From Fibrobacterota bacterium (GTDB lineage Bacteria; Fibrobacterota; Fibrobacteria; UBA11236), in contig JAHFCH010000002.1 of NCBI GenBank assembly GCA_023249635.1, positions 46,179 through 110,178 on the forward strand: 64,000 nucleotides of DNA. The letters run 5' to 3'. Both the position numbers and the translations under genes were made by a program. Below the pieces are notes generated by a model, which saw only the letters and a program-made list of their open reading frames with translations, was not told the origin of the DNA and made no database searches. Positions 29,817-39,386 of the stretch are shown piece after piece. How positions within the stretch are numbered: position 1 is the stretch's first letter; each line of letters starts with the position of its first letter.

Positions 29817-31586
29817 ATGATGGGGAAGCGGCATACTCGCATTGCCTTCCGTCCCGCCGTAGTGATGACCATGATATGGTTATCGCCCGCAGCCGGCCTG
29901 GCCGCGGATGACTACGCGGCCTGGACGAACGTTACCGATCTCACATTGAATACTTCGGCGGCGGGCGCCAATATCCCGGGCACCCTCACGGCCTTTCCGC
30001 TGCTGGTGCGGCTGAGCGCCAACAATTTCGACTTCGCCCAGGCCCAGGCCGACGGCAGGGACATCCGCTTCGCCAAGACCAACGGGGTCCACCTGGCCTA
30101 CGAGATCGAGCGATGGGACGCGGCCAAGCAACAGGCGGAGATCTGGGTCAAGCTGGACAGCATCAAGGGGAACTCCGCCGCGCAATCGATACGCATGTAC
30201 TGGGGAAATGCCGCCGCGGTGGACAGCTCGAACGCGGCGGCCGTTTACGCGACCAATTATGTGGCGGTCTGGCACCTGAACGGGACCGGCACCGCGGCGC
30301 GACCGAATGCCGTGGCCGGGGGTAACCCTGCGGCTACCGTGAACTACGACGGCGACGAAAGCGCTTCCGGCGTGATTGCCGGTGCGGACAGCCTGGACGG
30401 GGCCGTGGCGGGGGACTACCTCGACGTAGGCGACGGTTATGCAGACTGGTCCGGCGGCCTCACCTATTCCGTATGGGTATATCCCACCGCCGTCAAGCAA
30501 TGGGCCCACGTGCTGGACTTCGGTAACGGCGAAGGCATCGACAATTTCATCCTCAACCGCGTGGATACCACCAACAATATGGGGTTCCACAATTGGGCGG
30601 GTACGGCCAACTCAACGCTGGCGGTGAACAACCAGTGGGCCCTCAACCAATGGCAGTTGCTGGCGGTGACCGTCACCGGCAAATACGTGCGCCTGTATAA
30701 GAACGGCGCGCTGGTGATGTATGATTCGCTTACCAACACCATGCCCAATATCGCGCGCACCATGTGCTTCCTGGGCCGCTCCAATTGGGCGCGGGACCAA
30801 TACTACCAAGGCAAGCTGGACCAGCCCGAGCTCTCCAAGGTCCAGCACAGCGATAATTGGATCCGGCTGGTGTACCTGAACCAGAAGCCCGGGCAATCGA
30901 TTCCCGTGGTCGTCAAACCCAACAATTGCGCCATGAAATTCGCGGCCCCGGCTGATACCTCTATCGCCGAAGGCGCCCAAATCTCCTTGAACGCCACCGT
31001 CGATTGCGCTTCGAGCTTCGCATGGTCGGTGGTCTCGGGCCCGGGCGGCAAGATCCTGGATCCGGAGCAAAAGAATCTGCTCGTGATGGCCCCCCGAGTC
31101 CCCGCCGATACCGACATGGTCTTCCGCATCTCGGCCACCTACAGCGATTCCACCCGCAATCGTGACGTGCGCGTCCATATCCGCGAGGCGATTCCGGATC
31201 CCGCGTTCACCATGCCTGCCAACGCAAGTTGGAACGGCAAGGATAGCCTGCCCTACCGTCCGGCCATTTCCAACCTTGCGGCCATCCGCGCCAGCCGGGA
31301 TTCGGTTCTGCATTGGGCTTGGGGCTTCTCCGGCACTACGGTGGATACGGCCTGGTTGGATGACGGCGTGATGCTGCGCAGCGCCGGACAAGGCGATTTG
31401 GCCATCCATCTGTGCCTGGACAATGGCGGCGGCAGGATCTGCCACGACGGCGCCTTAAGCGTATCCACCGCTACGGGTCTGGCGATTCCCCTGGCGCGGC
31501 CAGTGAACCCGGCCCGTCCCGCAGGACGCGATGCGCTGGGGCGGGATACCCAACGCCCCGCTCCCCTGTCGATTTTCCGGCGCTAA
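29817..31586 (+). CDS. Secreted DUF2341 + LamG-like protein with shared C-terminal module
   Basis: FPLLVRL, DGRDIRF, LAYEIERWD, IWVK, MYWGN (DUF2341); YSVWVYP, WQLLAVT, LYKNG, YQGKLDQ (LamG). Confidence 0.85.
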   Translation: MMGKRHTRIAFRPAVVMTMIWLSPAAGLAADDYAAWTNVTDLTLNTSAAGANIPGTLTAFPLLVRLSANNFDFAQAQADGRDIRFAKTNGVHLAYEIERWDAAKQQAEIWVKLDSIKGNSAAQSIRMYWGNAAAVDSSNAAAVYATNYVAVWHLNGTGTAARPNAVAGGNPAATVNYDGDESASGVIAGADSLDGAVAGDYLDVGDGYADWSGGLTYSVWVYPTAVKQWAHVLDFGNGEGIDNFILNRVDTTNNMGFHNWAGTANSTLAVNNQWALNQWQLLAVTVTGKYVRLYKNGALVMYDSLTNTMPNIARTMCFLGRSNWARDQYYQGKLDQPELSKVQHSDNWIRLVYLNQKPGQSIPVVVKPNNCAMKFAAPADTSIAEGAQISLNATVDCASSFAWSVVSGPGGKILDPEQKNLLVMAPRVPADTDMVFRISATYSDSTRNRDVRVHIREAIPDPAFTMPANASWNGKDSLPYRPAISNLAAIRASRDSVLHWAWGFSGTTVDTAWLDDGVMLRSAGQGDLAIHLCLDNGGGRICHDGALSVSTATGLAIPLARPVNPARPAGRDALGRDTQRPAPLSIFRR

Positions 31587-31630
31587 AGCTTTCTCTCTGG
31601 GGTCCCCGCGGCCCGTCAACGCGGCGGCGA

Positions 31631-32653
31631 TCATCCCCAGCGCACCATCCACCCCGTATACCGCCATATACCCGCCAACGCGATGAACAGGGCCGTAGCC
31701 ACATACGCCAGGAGTATCATGCGCGTTACGTCCCCCGCGCGGCCGCCTTCCGGTCCCTCCGCGGGTCCGATCCAGAGTTCATTCACCTGGGTACCGTGCT
31801 TGTAGATGGGGCCCGCCAGGCGGACGCCCAGGGCCCCGGCGGCGGCGGTTTCGCTCCAGCCCTTGTTGGGACCCGGCAGCAAGGCGTGCTGGGCCAGGCA
31901 GACGCGCCAAGCGCCGCGGGCGGAATATCCCGGCAACCACGCGGCCGCGGCGATGAGCAGCAGGCCCAGACGCGCCGGGATCCAATTCATCACGTCGTCG
32001 AGGCGCGCTCCGAACCAGCCGAAATGCAGATAGCGTTCATCCTTGTACCCCACCATGGAGTCCATGGTGCTGGCGATCTTGAATAGGATCAATCCCGGCA
32101 GGCCCAGCAGGGCGAACCAGAAGAGGGGTGAGAGCACCCCGTCGACCAGGCTTTCCGCGATGCTTTCCACGGCCGCGCGGTTGCAGGCCGCCGCGTCCAT
32201 CCGATCGGTGTCACGCCCCACCAGCATCCCGGCGGCCCGCCTCGCGCCGGTAAGGTCGCCGCTCTCCGCGGCGCGCGCGATGCGGCGGCCATGGGCGGCC
32301 AGGTCGCCCAAGGCCAACAGGCTGTAGCCCAGGAACAGCCTCCAACCCCATGCCAGCCAGGCTCCCGCTTCGATCCGACCCGCCGCCGCGCCCGCGGCAC
32401 GCAATCCCGCATCGACAGCCCAAGCGCCTCCGCCGCAAACCGCGGTCAGCCAAAGGAACAGGACAAAGCCCCCGAAACGCCCATCCCAACCCAGGGCCCG
32501 CAAGCCTTTCTCTCCGGCAGCAAGCGCTGCGCCCGCCAAGCGGATAGGATGCCAAGCGTATTGCGGGTCTCCCAGGCAGGCGTCGAGCAGCAGGCACAGG
32601 CAAAGGAAGACGAAGGGATCGCGGAGCAGTTCCGCGGCCATTTTCACGACCAT
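31631..32653 (-). CDS. cbiB: Adenosylcobinamide-phosphate synthase
   Basis: LGDP..WHPI, VGRDT, AVESIAESLVDG, STMDSMVGYK, FGWFGARLDD, PNKGWSE, AGALGVRLAGP. Confidence 0.95.
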   Translation of the reverse strand: MVVKMAAELLRDPFVFLCLCLLLDACLGDPQYAWHPIRLAGAALAAGEKGLRALGWDGRFGGFVLFLWLTAVCGGGAWAVDAGLRAAGAAAGRIEAGAWLAWGWRLFLGYSLLALGDLAAHGRRIARAAESGDLTGARRAAGMLVGRDTDRMDAAACNRAAVESIAESLVDGVLSPLFWFALLGLPGLILFKIASTMDSMVGYKDERYLHFGWFGARLDDVMNWIPARLGLLLIAAAAWLPGYSARGAWRVCLAQHALLPGPNKGWSETAAAGALGVRLAGPIYKHGTQVNELWIGPAEGPEGGRAGDVTRMILLAYVATALFIALAGIWRYTGWMVRWG

Positions 32654-33810
32654 TTACCCCGCCAACCCGCGGCCACCGCGCGGGCGATCAAAGCGGGCAA
32701 CGGCACACCTTCCGCACCGGCGGCCAGCAGCTCGGCGCGGAAGGCGGGATAGGCTTCCGTGCGCGCCGCCAAGGCCGCGGCCAACAGGGAGGCCTGGTTC
32801 GCCAGGGCCTCGTCCCCCGCGGCGGGAGGCAGGGTACCTTGCGCGATACGGTCCTGGACCGCGGCCAGCGCATAGGCCGCCGCAGCCGCTTGGGGCTCGT
32901 GTACCACCGCCTGGAAGTTGGCTTCCAGCAGCGCGCGGTCGGATGCGGAAAGCAGGGCTCCGGCATCGGCCAACAGGCGCGCCTCATCGATCCCAAAGCG
33001 CCCCAGGGCATGGATGAGATTGCGGGTGCGCGAAGGCTCGAGACCGTTCTGCCAGCGTAAGGCTTCTTTGGTGGCCTCGATCACTGCACGGGCCAGGATT
33101 TCCCCCAGCTTGGAATGCTTGCCGCTCCAGGTGCGCGGCGGAACGGACGCATCCATGGGTGCGGCCAGGCAATACTGATCGGTGCCTGTACCGGTGGCCA
33201 GGGAAGGCGAGTAGCGGCTGGGGACGGCGAGGTCGAGCAGAGCCGCGGTCTTGGCCTCGGTCATGGTGGCCACAGCGCGGGCCAGGGCCGCGGGCAGCAG
33301 TGGGCAATCGAAGAGCAGCAGGGTATTGATGGTGCCCGCAATCGTCTTCGCGGGCTTCCAGGCGCCCCCGGCCTCGTCCCAGGTGGCGGGATCGCCTGCG
33401 CGCCCCGCATTGCCCTGCACGCCCGCGGTGACCACGGCGCATACGCGCGTCTCTCCGAAGCTTTCTTCCCTGACGGCCGCGTACTGCATGTTGGCGGCCG
33501 TCCCCATCAATGCCGTGTTCTCCGGGGATACTCCCGCTTCTTCGCAGGCGGTGCGATGGTAGCCGGCCTGGCCCTCGCCTTGCAGTTGATCGTGGCGGCC
33601 CTGGTGGCCCTTGCCTTCGCAGCTCTGGTGGTTGACCAGGTAACGCACATGTTCCGCCTGCCCTCCATTCACGTGGGAGGTGGAAAGTACCAGATGGGGC
33701 TTTTTGAGGCGGGCGCGCAGGAAGCGGCCGCGGCGATCCAGGGCGAACCCCGGGTTATCCAGCAGTACGGCATAGGCATCGGATGCTGATTCGATGGCGA
33801 TTTCACTCAT
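32644..33810 (-). CDS. cbiZ: Adenosylcobinamide amidohydrolase
   Basis: VLSTS..NGG, MGTAANM, VTAGVQGNA, GTINT, TEAKTAAL, ATGTGTD, GKHSKLGE; overlaps the cbiB start. Confidence 0.9.
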   Translation of the reverse strand: MSEIAIESASDAYAVLLDNPGFALDRRGRFLRARLKKPHLVLSTSHVNGGQAEHVRYLVNHQSCEGKGHQGRHDQLQGEGQAGYHRTACEEAGVSPENTALMGTAANMQYAAVREESFGETRVCAVVTAGVQGNAGRAGDPATWDEAGGAWKPAKTIAGTINTLLLFDCPLLPAALARAVATMTEAKTAALLDLAVPSRYSPSLATGTGTDQYCLAAPMDASVPPRTWSGKHSKLGEILARAVIEATKEALRWQNGLEPSRTRNLIHALGRFGIDEARLLADAGALLSASDRALLEANFQAVVHEPQAAAAAYALAAVQDRIAQGTLPPAAGDEALANQASLLAAALAARTEAYPAFRAELLAAGAEGVPLPALIARAVAAGWRGKWS

Positions 33811-33855
33811 TCCCGAAAAGTAGCACCTCGCGGCGGCATGCGGTAGAATGGGCCT

Positions 33856-34623
33856 ATGAAGGTCCCGGCGGCGGTATCCCTGCTCTTGCTTGCTTGCCAA
33901 TTCCCCTGGCAGGCCGAAGAGCGTTCCTGCGCCGAGTCGGCGCGCATCGATTTCCCCGTCGATCTCTCCGCCTATGCCGGCAACGGTCGGCTCTGGCCTT
34001 TCGGAGTGCACGGGGGCACCCATCCCGAAGGGCATCCCGGAATCGATCTCCTGCTCGACGCGGCGGATGCGCGGGGGGAAATCCCCGTCAGGGCTTCCTT
34101 CTCGGCCGAGATCATGTCCATCACTCCGGAAACCGAATTTCCCGGCAGCTCTTGCATCGTACTGGATTCCGCCTGCGTCGAAGTGAATCTGTGCCACGTG
34201 GCCCTGGACCCGGCGCTCAAGGCGGGCGGCAAGGTCAAGCGCGGCGACAAACTCGGAATCGTGGGGCTGCTGGCTTCCCAAAACCGTTACGAATTGCATT
34301 TCGGGACTTATTCCGGAGTGGATGCCAATCTGGCCTGCCCGGCGGATTTCCTGGATCCGGATACGGTGGAATGCCGCCTCGGGCTGTCGGCGGGCGGGAA
34401 GGCTCCCGCGCGCTGCGGTTATGCGCCGGGTACGGTAACCTTGATGGGACGGTCGGAATACTCCGAGAGATCGCCCCGCGAGCTGAGCGTGAAGTGCGTC
34501 GACGGGAGCACGGAGACCTTCGTGCGGCCGGAGGAAAATGCCCTGTGCAACGCGCGCTTCTCCAACGCCGATCGTAACCGGATGAATACCTGCCTGGGCT
34601 CGGCCTGCGCGGGCGTTTGGTAG
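33856..34623 (+). CDS. Cys-rich exported protein, divergent M23 peptidase-like
   Basis: LLAC lipobox-like; HPGID, PVRA..AEI, LCHV, VKRGDKLG, ELHF. Confidence 0.6.
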   Translation: MKVPAAVSLLLLACQFPWQAEERSCAESARIDFPVDLSAYAGNGRLWPFGVHGGTHPEGHPGIDLLLDAADARGEIPVRASFSAEIMSITPETEFPGSSCIVLDSACVEVNLCHVALDPALKAGGKVKRGDKLGIVGLLASQNRYELHFGTYSGVDANLACPADFLDPDTVECRLGLSAGGKAPARCGYAPGTVTLMGRSEYSERSPRELSVKCVDGSTETFVRPEENALCNARFSNADRNRMNTCLGSACAGVW

Positions 34624-34639
34624 CCCCGGGTTTTCCCCA

Positions 34640-35416
34640 TCATTCCCGACCGGATACGGACTGCAGGAGCGCGAATTCCCCTCCCTGGGGATCGTTCACG
34701 AACGCCACCGTACCCACGCCTGGAATGCGTGTAGGCGGCAGGCGGCAATCCCCGCCCAAGCCCCGGGCGCGTTCCACCGACGCGCCGCAATCGGCGGTCT
34801 GGAAATACACGCGCCACCGCGCCGACACTCCCTTGACCTCCTCTTCCATACGTATCATGCCGGCTACGGGGTGCCCGCCCTTCAGGAACAGCGCGTAATC
34901 GCCGGGTTCCATCACGCGCATTTCCCATCCCAACCATTCGGCATAGAAACGGTGCGCCGATTCGGTGTCGCGGGTCACCAACTCGGCCCATGCGATGGAA
35001 CCGGGAATGCCCAGCACCTCGGCTCCGATATGCCCTTGCGCCTGCCAGATGCCCAGGTGGGCGCCGGTCGCATCGCGCAGCAGGGCGAATCGTCCCGCGC
35101 CGGGGACGTCCGACGGGGAAACCGAGAGACGGGCGCCGCGGTCCACCGCGCGACGCGCCGCCGCATCGGCATCGGGAACGGAAAGGTGTATGCGCCAACG
35201 CGCGGGAAGGCGATCATCGCCGGCGGTTTGATATAGGGCGGCCGCGTCCAGGCCCTGTAGTCGCGCCATGGTGTAGAAGGCTCCGCCGCCGATGGGAAGG
35301 TCTTCCAATTCCCATCCGAACAATCCGCGATAGAATCGTTTCGCGCCATCGGTATCGCGCGTCGCCAGTTCCGCCCAGCACACGGTCCCGGCCGCATGCT
35401 TTTCCATCACGCCCAT
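34640..35416 (-). CDS. Two-domain VOC/glyoxalase family protein
   Basis: Duplicated WAELxTRD...RFY...GWE and PG.G..A...DP.G motifs. Confidence 0.9.
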   Translation of the reverse strand: MGVMEKHAAGTVCWAELATRDTDGAKRFYRGLFGWELEDLPIGGGAFYTMARLQGLDAAALYQTAGDDRLPARWRIHLSVPDADAAARRAVDRGARLSVSPSDVPGAGRFALLRDATGAHLGIWQAQGHIGAEVLGIPGSIAWAELVTRDTESAHRFYAEWLGWEMRVMEPGDYALFLKGGHPVAGMIRMEEEVKGVSARWRVYFQTADCGASVERARGLGGDCRLPPTRIPGVGTVAFVNDPQGGEFALLQSVSGRE

Positions 35417-35754
35417 GCAAGCCCCTCCGGAGCAGACCCTAAGCTATCGCACCGCCCCGCTTCCCGCGCCGGGCGGAATCCACCCGGCCATCGTGACTCC
35501 GGCGTGGGCGACTCTCCCGTGGATACCGGTGCGGACGTAATCTCCCGATGCGGCAAAGTGGAAAAAAGCCCCGGATTTGAGTTATTTGAGTTTGATCGTC
35601 CGTGCATTTTCAGCCAATCCAGACCGCCGGGATAATAAATCCCAAGGTTTTAAACTCAGGACCCGCATTATCTTATAATCCGAGGGGAATCGAGGTTTTA
35701 CGCAAGGGCGAAAGCCGGAGCGCGAAGCCTCCCGATGGGGAAAGCGTAATCGAA

Positions 35755-36267
35755 ATGCAATCCGGCTTGTGTTTAAGGCTTCTCGCCTTGCTGGCCGTCG
35801 TCCTGACGCCGACCGGCCAAGTCCTGGGCCAAAATCTGGGATTAGGCACCGGGTCCCGCACGCAAGCGCCGGGCGATTCGGCCGCGATCGAATCGCGCAA
35901 CGAGCGCGGGGAAGAATCCAGCCCCGCCCGCAAGAACCAACTCAACCGCCGTCTCGGTCTCACTGCCCGCCGCAACCAGGTGTTCGATCCCCGCGTGTTC
36001 GAAGCGCGCGGACGGGAACTGCAAGGCCAGTTCTACGAGATCGGTACTCCCGCCGACGCCAAGCAGCACGGCTCCATGCCCATGCCTTCGGGAACCGAAA
36101 TCGCCGTGCAGAATTCCGGACGCAAGCAATGGATGATCTGGGTCGGCGTAGCGGGCCTGGCCGGCGCTTCCGCCGGCGCGGTCGGCTACGTCCTCATGTC
36201 CAACGCGCATCCCGTAGGCGCACCGCCTCCCCGGGAAATCCTCCTCACGGATGCGCCAACGCAATGA
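35755..36267 (+). CDS. Hypothetical exported protein with C-terminal hydrophobic helix
   Basis: Signal peptide; KQWMIWVGVAGLAG..G..GYVL anchor; ATGA overlap with the next gene. Confidence 0.65.
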   Translation: MQSGLCLRLLALLAVVLTPTGQVLGQNLGLGTGSRTQAPGDSAAIESRNERGEESSPARKNQLNRRLGLTARRNQVFDPRVFEARGRELQGQFYEIGTPADAKQHGSMPMPSGTEIAVQNSGRKQWMIWVGVAGLAGASAGAVGYVLMSNAHPVGAPPPREILLTDAPTQ

Positions 36268-37250
36268 AACGCGCACCGCTTTGCCTGGGATCCGTTCTCG
36301 CGCTGCTCTTGGTGGCATGCCAGACCGCGGATCCCCCCGAGCCGGAAACCAACATCCGTCTGAGCCTGAACGACTCGCTGGCGAGATACGAAACCATTCT
36401 GGTACAGGTTCTCGATCGCAACGACACCAATCGTGTCCTCGCCACCTTGTGGAACAAGGCGCTCCCCAACCCCGCGACCGATCTCCCGGTATTGCCTCTC
36501 AAAGAGGTCGGGGGCGCCCAATCCTTCATCGTGAAAATCAACGGCTATAAGGCGCGCAATCAACTGGCGCTGCAGACCATGATTTTCTACGAGCCGGGCG
36601 GCAAGACCGTGCGGCATGATGCGGTACCCCCGCTCATTCCGTTGGCCTACCTGGAAACCCTCAGCCCGTCCACGGGTTCCATGACCCCGGTCTTCCACCG
36701 CGACAGCCTCAAATACAACGTGACCCTGCCCACCGGCGTGACCTCCTTGACCTTCACCGTCAAGGCGCCGGTTGCCAGCGCCGTCATCCTGGTGGCCGGG
36801 GCGCAGGTCGCGTCGGGTTCCGCGAGCAAGATCATCCAGATCGGAAGCAAGCCGGATACCGTGCCCATCGCCATTACCGATTCCAGCACGGGCACGCCCG
36901 TCACCCGCATCTACAGCGTAACGGTTATCCCCACCCTCCCGCCGGGCGTGCGCCTGGCTTCGCTGGTTCCCTCGGCCGGCAAGCTCAGCGTGGACTTCAC
37001 TCCCGAGAACCAGGTGTACGCGCTCTACCTCCCGGTGGGAACCGATACGGTCACGTTCCGCGTCTCCCCCGTGGATACCCGTACCATGACGGTTACGGTG
37101 GACAATGTCGCCGCCATCCCGGGCGCCAGCTCCCAGGTGTTCACCGTACCCGCAGGCACGACCAAGGCGGTGGGCATCGATGTGGTCCGCGCCGGCGTGG
37201 ACAGCTACTACCAGGTCACCATCGATCATACCCAGACCAGCGATCACTGA
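36264..37250 (+). CDS. Lipoprotein with two cadherin-like beta-sandwich domains
   Basis: Lipobox LVAC; two L..L.PS.G.(M/L)...F......Y...LP repeats ending Y.VT. Confidence 0.78.
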   Translation: MKRAPLCLGSVLALLLVACQTADPPEPETNIRLSLNDSLARYETILVQVLDRNDTNRVLATLWNKALPNPATDLPVLPLKEVGGAQSFIVKINGYKARNQLALQTMIFYEPGGKTVRHDAVPPLIPLAYLETLSPSTGSMTPVFHRDSLKYNVTLPTGVTSLTFTVKAPVASAVILVAGAQVASGSASKIIQIGSKPDTVPIAITDSSTGTPVTRIYSVTVIPTLPPGVRLASLVPSAGKLSVDFTPENQVYALYLPVGTDTVTFRVSPVDTRTMTVTVDNVAAIPGASSQVFTVPAGTTKAVGIDVVRAGVDSYYQVTIDHTQTSDH

Positions 37251-37348
37251 TCCGGCCGCGCGCAGGATCCGTTCCCGTTCCCGACACCCTTTTTTCCGCT
37301 TCGCGAATAATCGTTATTCGGATCAACACCCACTTGGAGGAGGATCCG

Positions 37349-38068
37349 ATGACCCGACGATTAACCCTTTCCGCGCTTATGACCGCCGGGCTGTATCTGG
37401 GCGCCGGCGCGCAGAGCCAGACCAATATCACCGTGCACGGCGACGACGCCAACACACCGCTCACGAAGCATGACACCGTGCAAGTGGTGCCTCCCGGCAC
37501 CAAGATCGTACCCGGGCAGGCGACCGGTACCGGTGGAACCGGGGTTATAGCCGTCCCTGATCCGTCGTATACCCCGCCGGATACGGCCCGCGAAGTGGGC
37601 GCCATACCGCCGGAACAGACCAAGATCCTGCAGAACCGGAGGGAATCCAAGAAGTTCACCGGAGCGGGTTTCGGCCCGGCGGGATTCGGCAATGTCGATG
37701 AGAAGATGCCCGCCTACGATATCTATGCCGGGCGCTTCTGGGAAGTGAACAAGTTCGCGGCCATCAAGGCGCTGGGCGAAGTCGCTTCCGATTTCGATAA
37801 GGCCACCCTGGCCAACGTGACCTTGGGCGGCAACCTGTACGCCGCGCCCACCGATTTCGCCCCTTATGTGGGCGGCGGCCTGGGCCTGGGCTACGGAGCC
37901 GTTCCCGGGGATCGTAACTTCGGATTCAACGTGGGAGCCTCGATCGGAGCCCTACTCTTCCGCACTTCCAGCACCCAGATGAACCTGGAAGGCTCAGCGG
38001 AGATGATGCTCTCGCAGGCCGATTCGCCGCCCTCGGTGTATACCGCCCGCCTGGGCGTGCTCTTCTAA
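37349..38068 (+). CDS. Putative small outer-membrane beta-barrel protein
   Basis: Signal peptide, APYVGGGLGLGY, alternating strands, terminal LGVLF; RBS GGAGGAGG. Confidence 0.72.
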   Translation: MTRRLTLSALMTAGLYLGAGAQSQTNITVHGDDANTPLTKHDTVQVVPPGTKIVPGQATGTGGTGVIAVPDPSYTPPDTAREVGAIPPEQTKILQNRRESKKFTGAGFGPAGFGNVDEKMPAYDIYAGRFWEVNKFAAIKALGEVASDFDKATLANVTLGGNLYAAPTDFAPYVGGGLGLGYGAVPGDRNFGFNVGASIGALLFRTSSTQMNLEGSAEMMLSQADSPPSVYTARLGVLF

Positions 38069-38087
38069 GGGGATCGGGCGGGCCGGC

Positions 38088-39305
38088 TCAGGCCCGCTCG
38101 AACACCGCCACGCTTTCGACGTGGCGCGTGTGCGGGAACATGTCCGCCGGGGAGACCGAGGACAAGCGATACGCGCCCGCGAAGGCGGCGGCATCGCGGG
38201 CCAAGGTGGCCGGAAAACAAGAGACGTAAATCAAGCGCTCGGGTCGCAAGGCCGCGAGAGCTTCGCGTACCGCCGGCTCCAGCCCCTTACGCGGAGGATC
38301 GACGATGATGGCGCCGGCCTTGGCGATGGCGTCGGGGGGCAGCCCCGCCGCATCGAGGTAATGTTCCGGATTACCGAGCGCCTCGCCCACGTCGGCGGCG
38401 AGGAAAGCCGCGTTGGAGACCTTGTTGTCGGCTGCGGCGCGCGTGGCCGCGGCCACGGCGGTGGGATTCTCCTCTATGCCCAGGACGCTGCCCGCTTTGC
38501 GGGAAGCCCACAACGCGATGGAACCCACGCCGGAATAGAGATCAAGGACGGCGGCCCCTTGCGGAATGGCTGCCACGGCCAGATCGTAAAGACGCGGCAC
38601 CTGGTAAGGGTTCACCTGCAGAAAGGTCGAGACTCCGGCGGTCAGGGTAAAGGGCCCAAGGTTTTCGCGCAGCCAGGGCCGGCCATACCAGGTGATCTCC
38701 TCGCCGCCGAGCACCACATTGCCGCGGCCCGTGTTGACGCTGAGTACGATGCCGACCAGCTCGCCGCCTTCTTGTCCCGCGCCGATGGCCTCTTCGCAAC
38801 GTTCCAGCAAATCGTTCAGCAGATCGCGGGGGTCGAAGCGCTTGATGGTCTCACCGTTGGCCACCAGACCCAGAAGAATCTCGCCCGTGCCCGCGCCGCG
38901 GCGCAAAAGCAGATGCCGCAGCCAGCCCGTGCCCTTGCCCTCATTGTAGATGGGAAGGCGATGGGCCGAAGCCCATGCGCGTACCGCCCAGGCCACGCGG
39001 GAGAGCGAGGGTTCCTGCACCAGGCATTCGTCCTGGTCGACCACGGAGTGGGAGCCCGCGGCATAGCAGCCCACGGTGGGGCCGGCGGAGCGGGCCACGG
39101 AAGCGGTAGCGAATCCGAAAGGGAGCTGCACCTTGTGCCGATAGCCTTCGCTGCGCGGGCTGGGAAGAACCGGATCGATGCGGAGGCCGGGCCAGGCCGA
39201 GAAATGCCGCGACAGCTCCTCGTGTTTGCGCAGCAATTGGGCCGGGTAGGCGATGTCCAGGGTCTGGCAGCCACCGCAGGCGGGGAAGTGTCGGCAAGTA
39301 GGCAT
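38088..39305 (-). CDS. rlmD: 23S rRNA m5U1939 methyltransferase
   Basis: CRHFPACGGC Fe-S motif, YRHK, FLQVN, DLYSGVG, VDPPRKG, YVSC.PATLARD, DMFPHT.HVE. Confidence 0.92.
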   Translation of the reverse strand: MPTCRHFPACGGCQTLDIAYPAQLLRKHEELSRHFSAWPGLRIDPVLPSPRSEGYRHKVQLPFGFATASVARSAGPTVGCYAAGSHSVVDQDECLVQEPSLSRVAWAVRAWASAHRLPIYNEGKGTGWLRHLLLRRGAGTGEILLGLVANGETIKRFDPRDLLNDLLERCEEAIGAGQEGGELVGIVLSVNTGRGNVVLGGEEITWYGRPWLRENLGPFTLTAGVSTFLQVNPYQVPRLYDLAVAAIPQGAAVLDLYSGVGSIALWASRKAGSVLGIEENPTAVAAATRAAADNKVSNAAFLAADVGEALGNPEHYLDAAGLPPDAIAKAGAIIVDPPRKGLEPAVREALAALRPERLIYVSCFPATLARDAAAFAGAYRLSSVSPADMFPHTRHVESVAVFERA

Positions 39306-39386
39306 GGGCGCCCTGAAGATGCAAAAGCCCGCCCCGGCCTGCAACGTTACGGCCCGCCCGTTGCCGGGCGGACGGGCCCTCGCAGG

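Noticed and set aside
35698-35749. Cloverleaf-like structure as a tRNA
   Set aside because: Too short; lacks TTC T-loop, D-loop GG and an acceptor-stem CCA.
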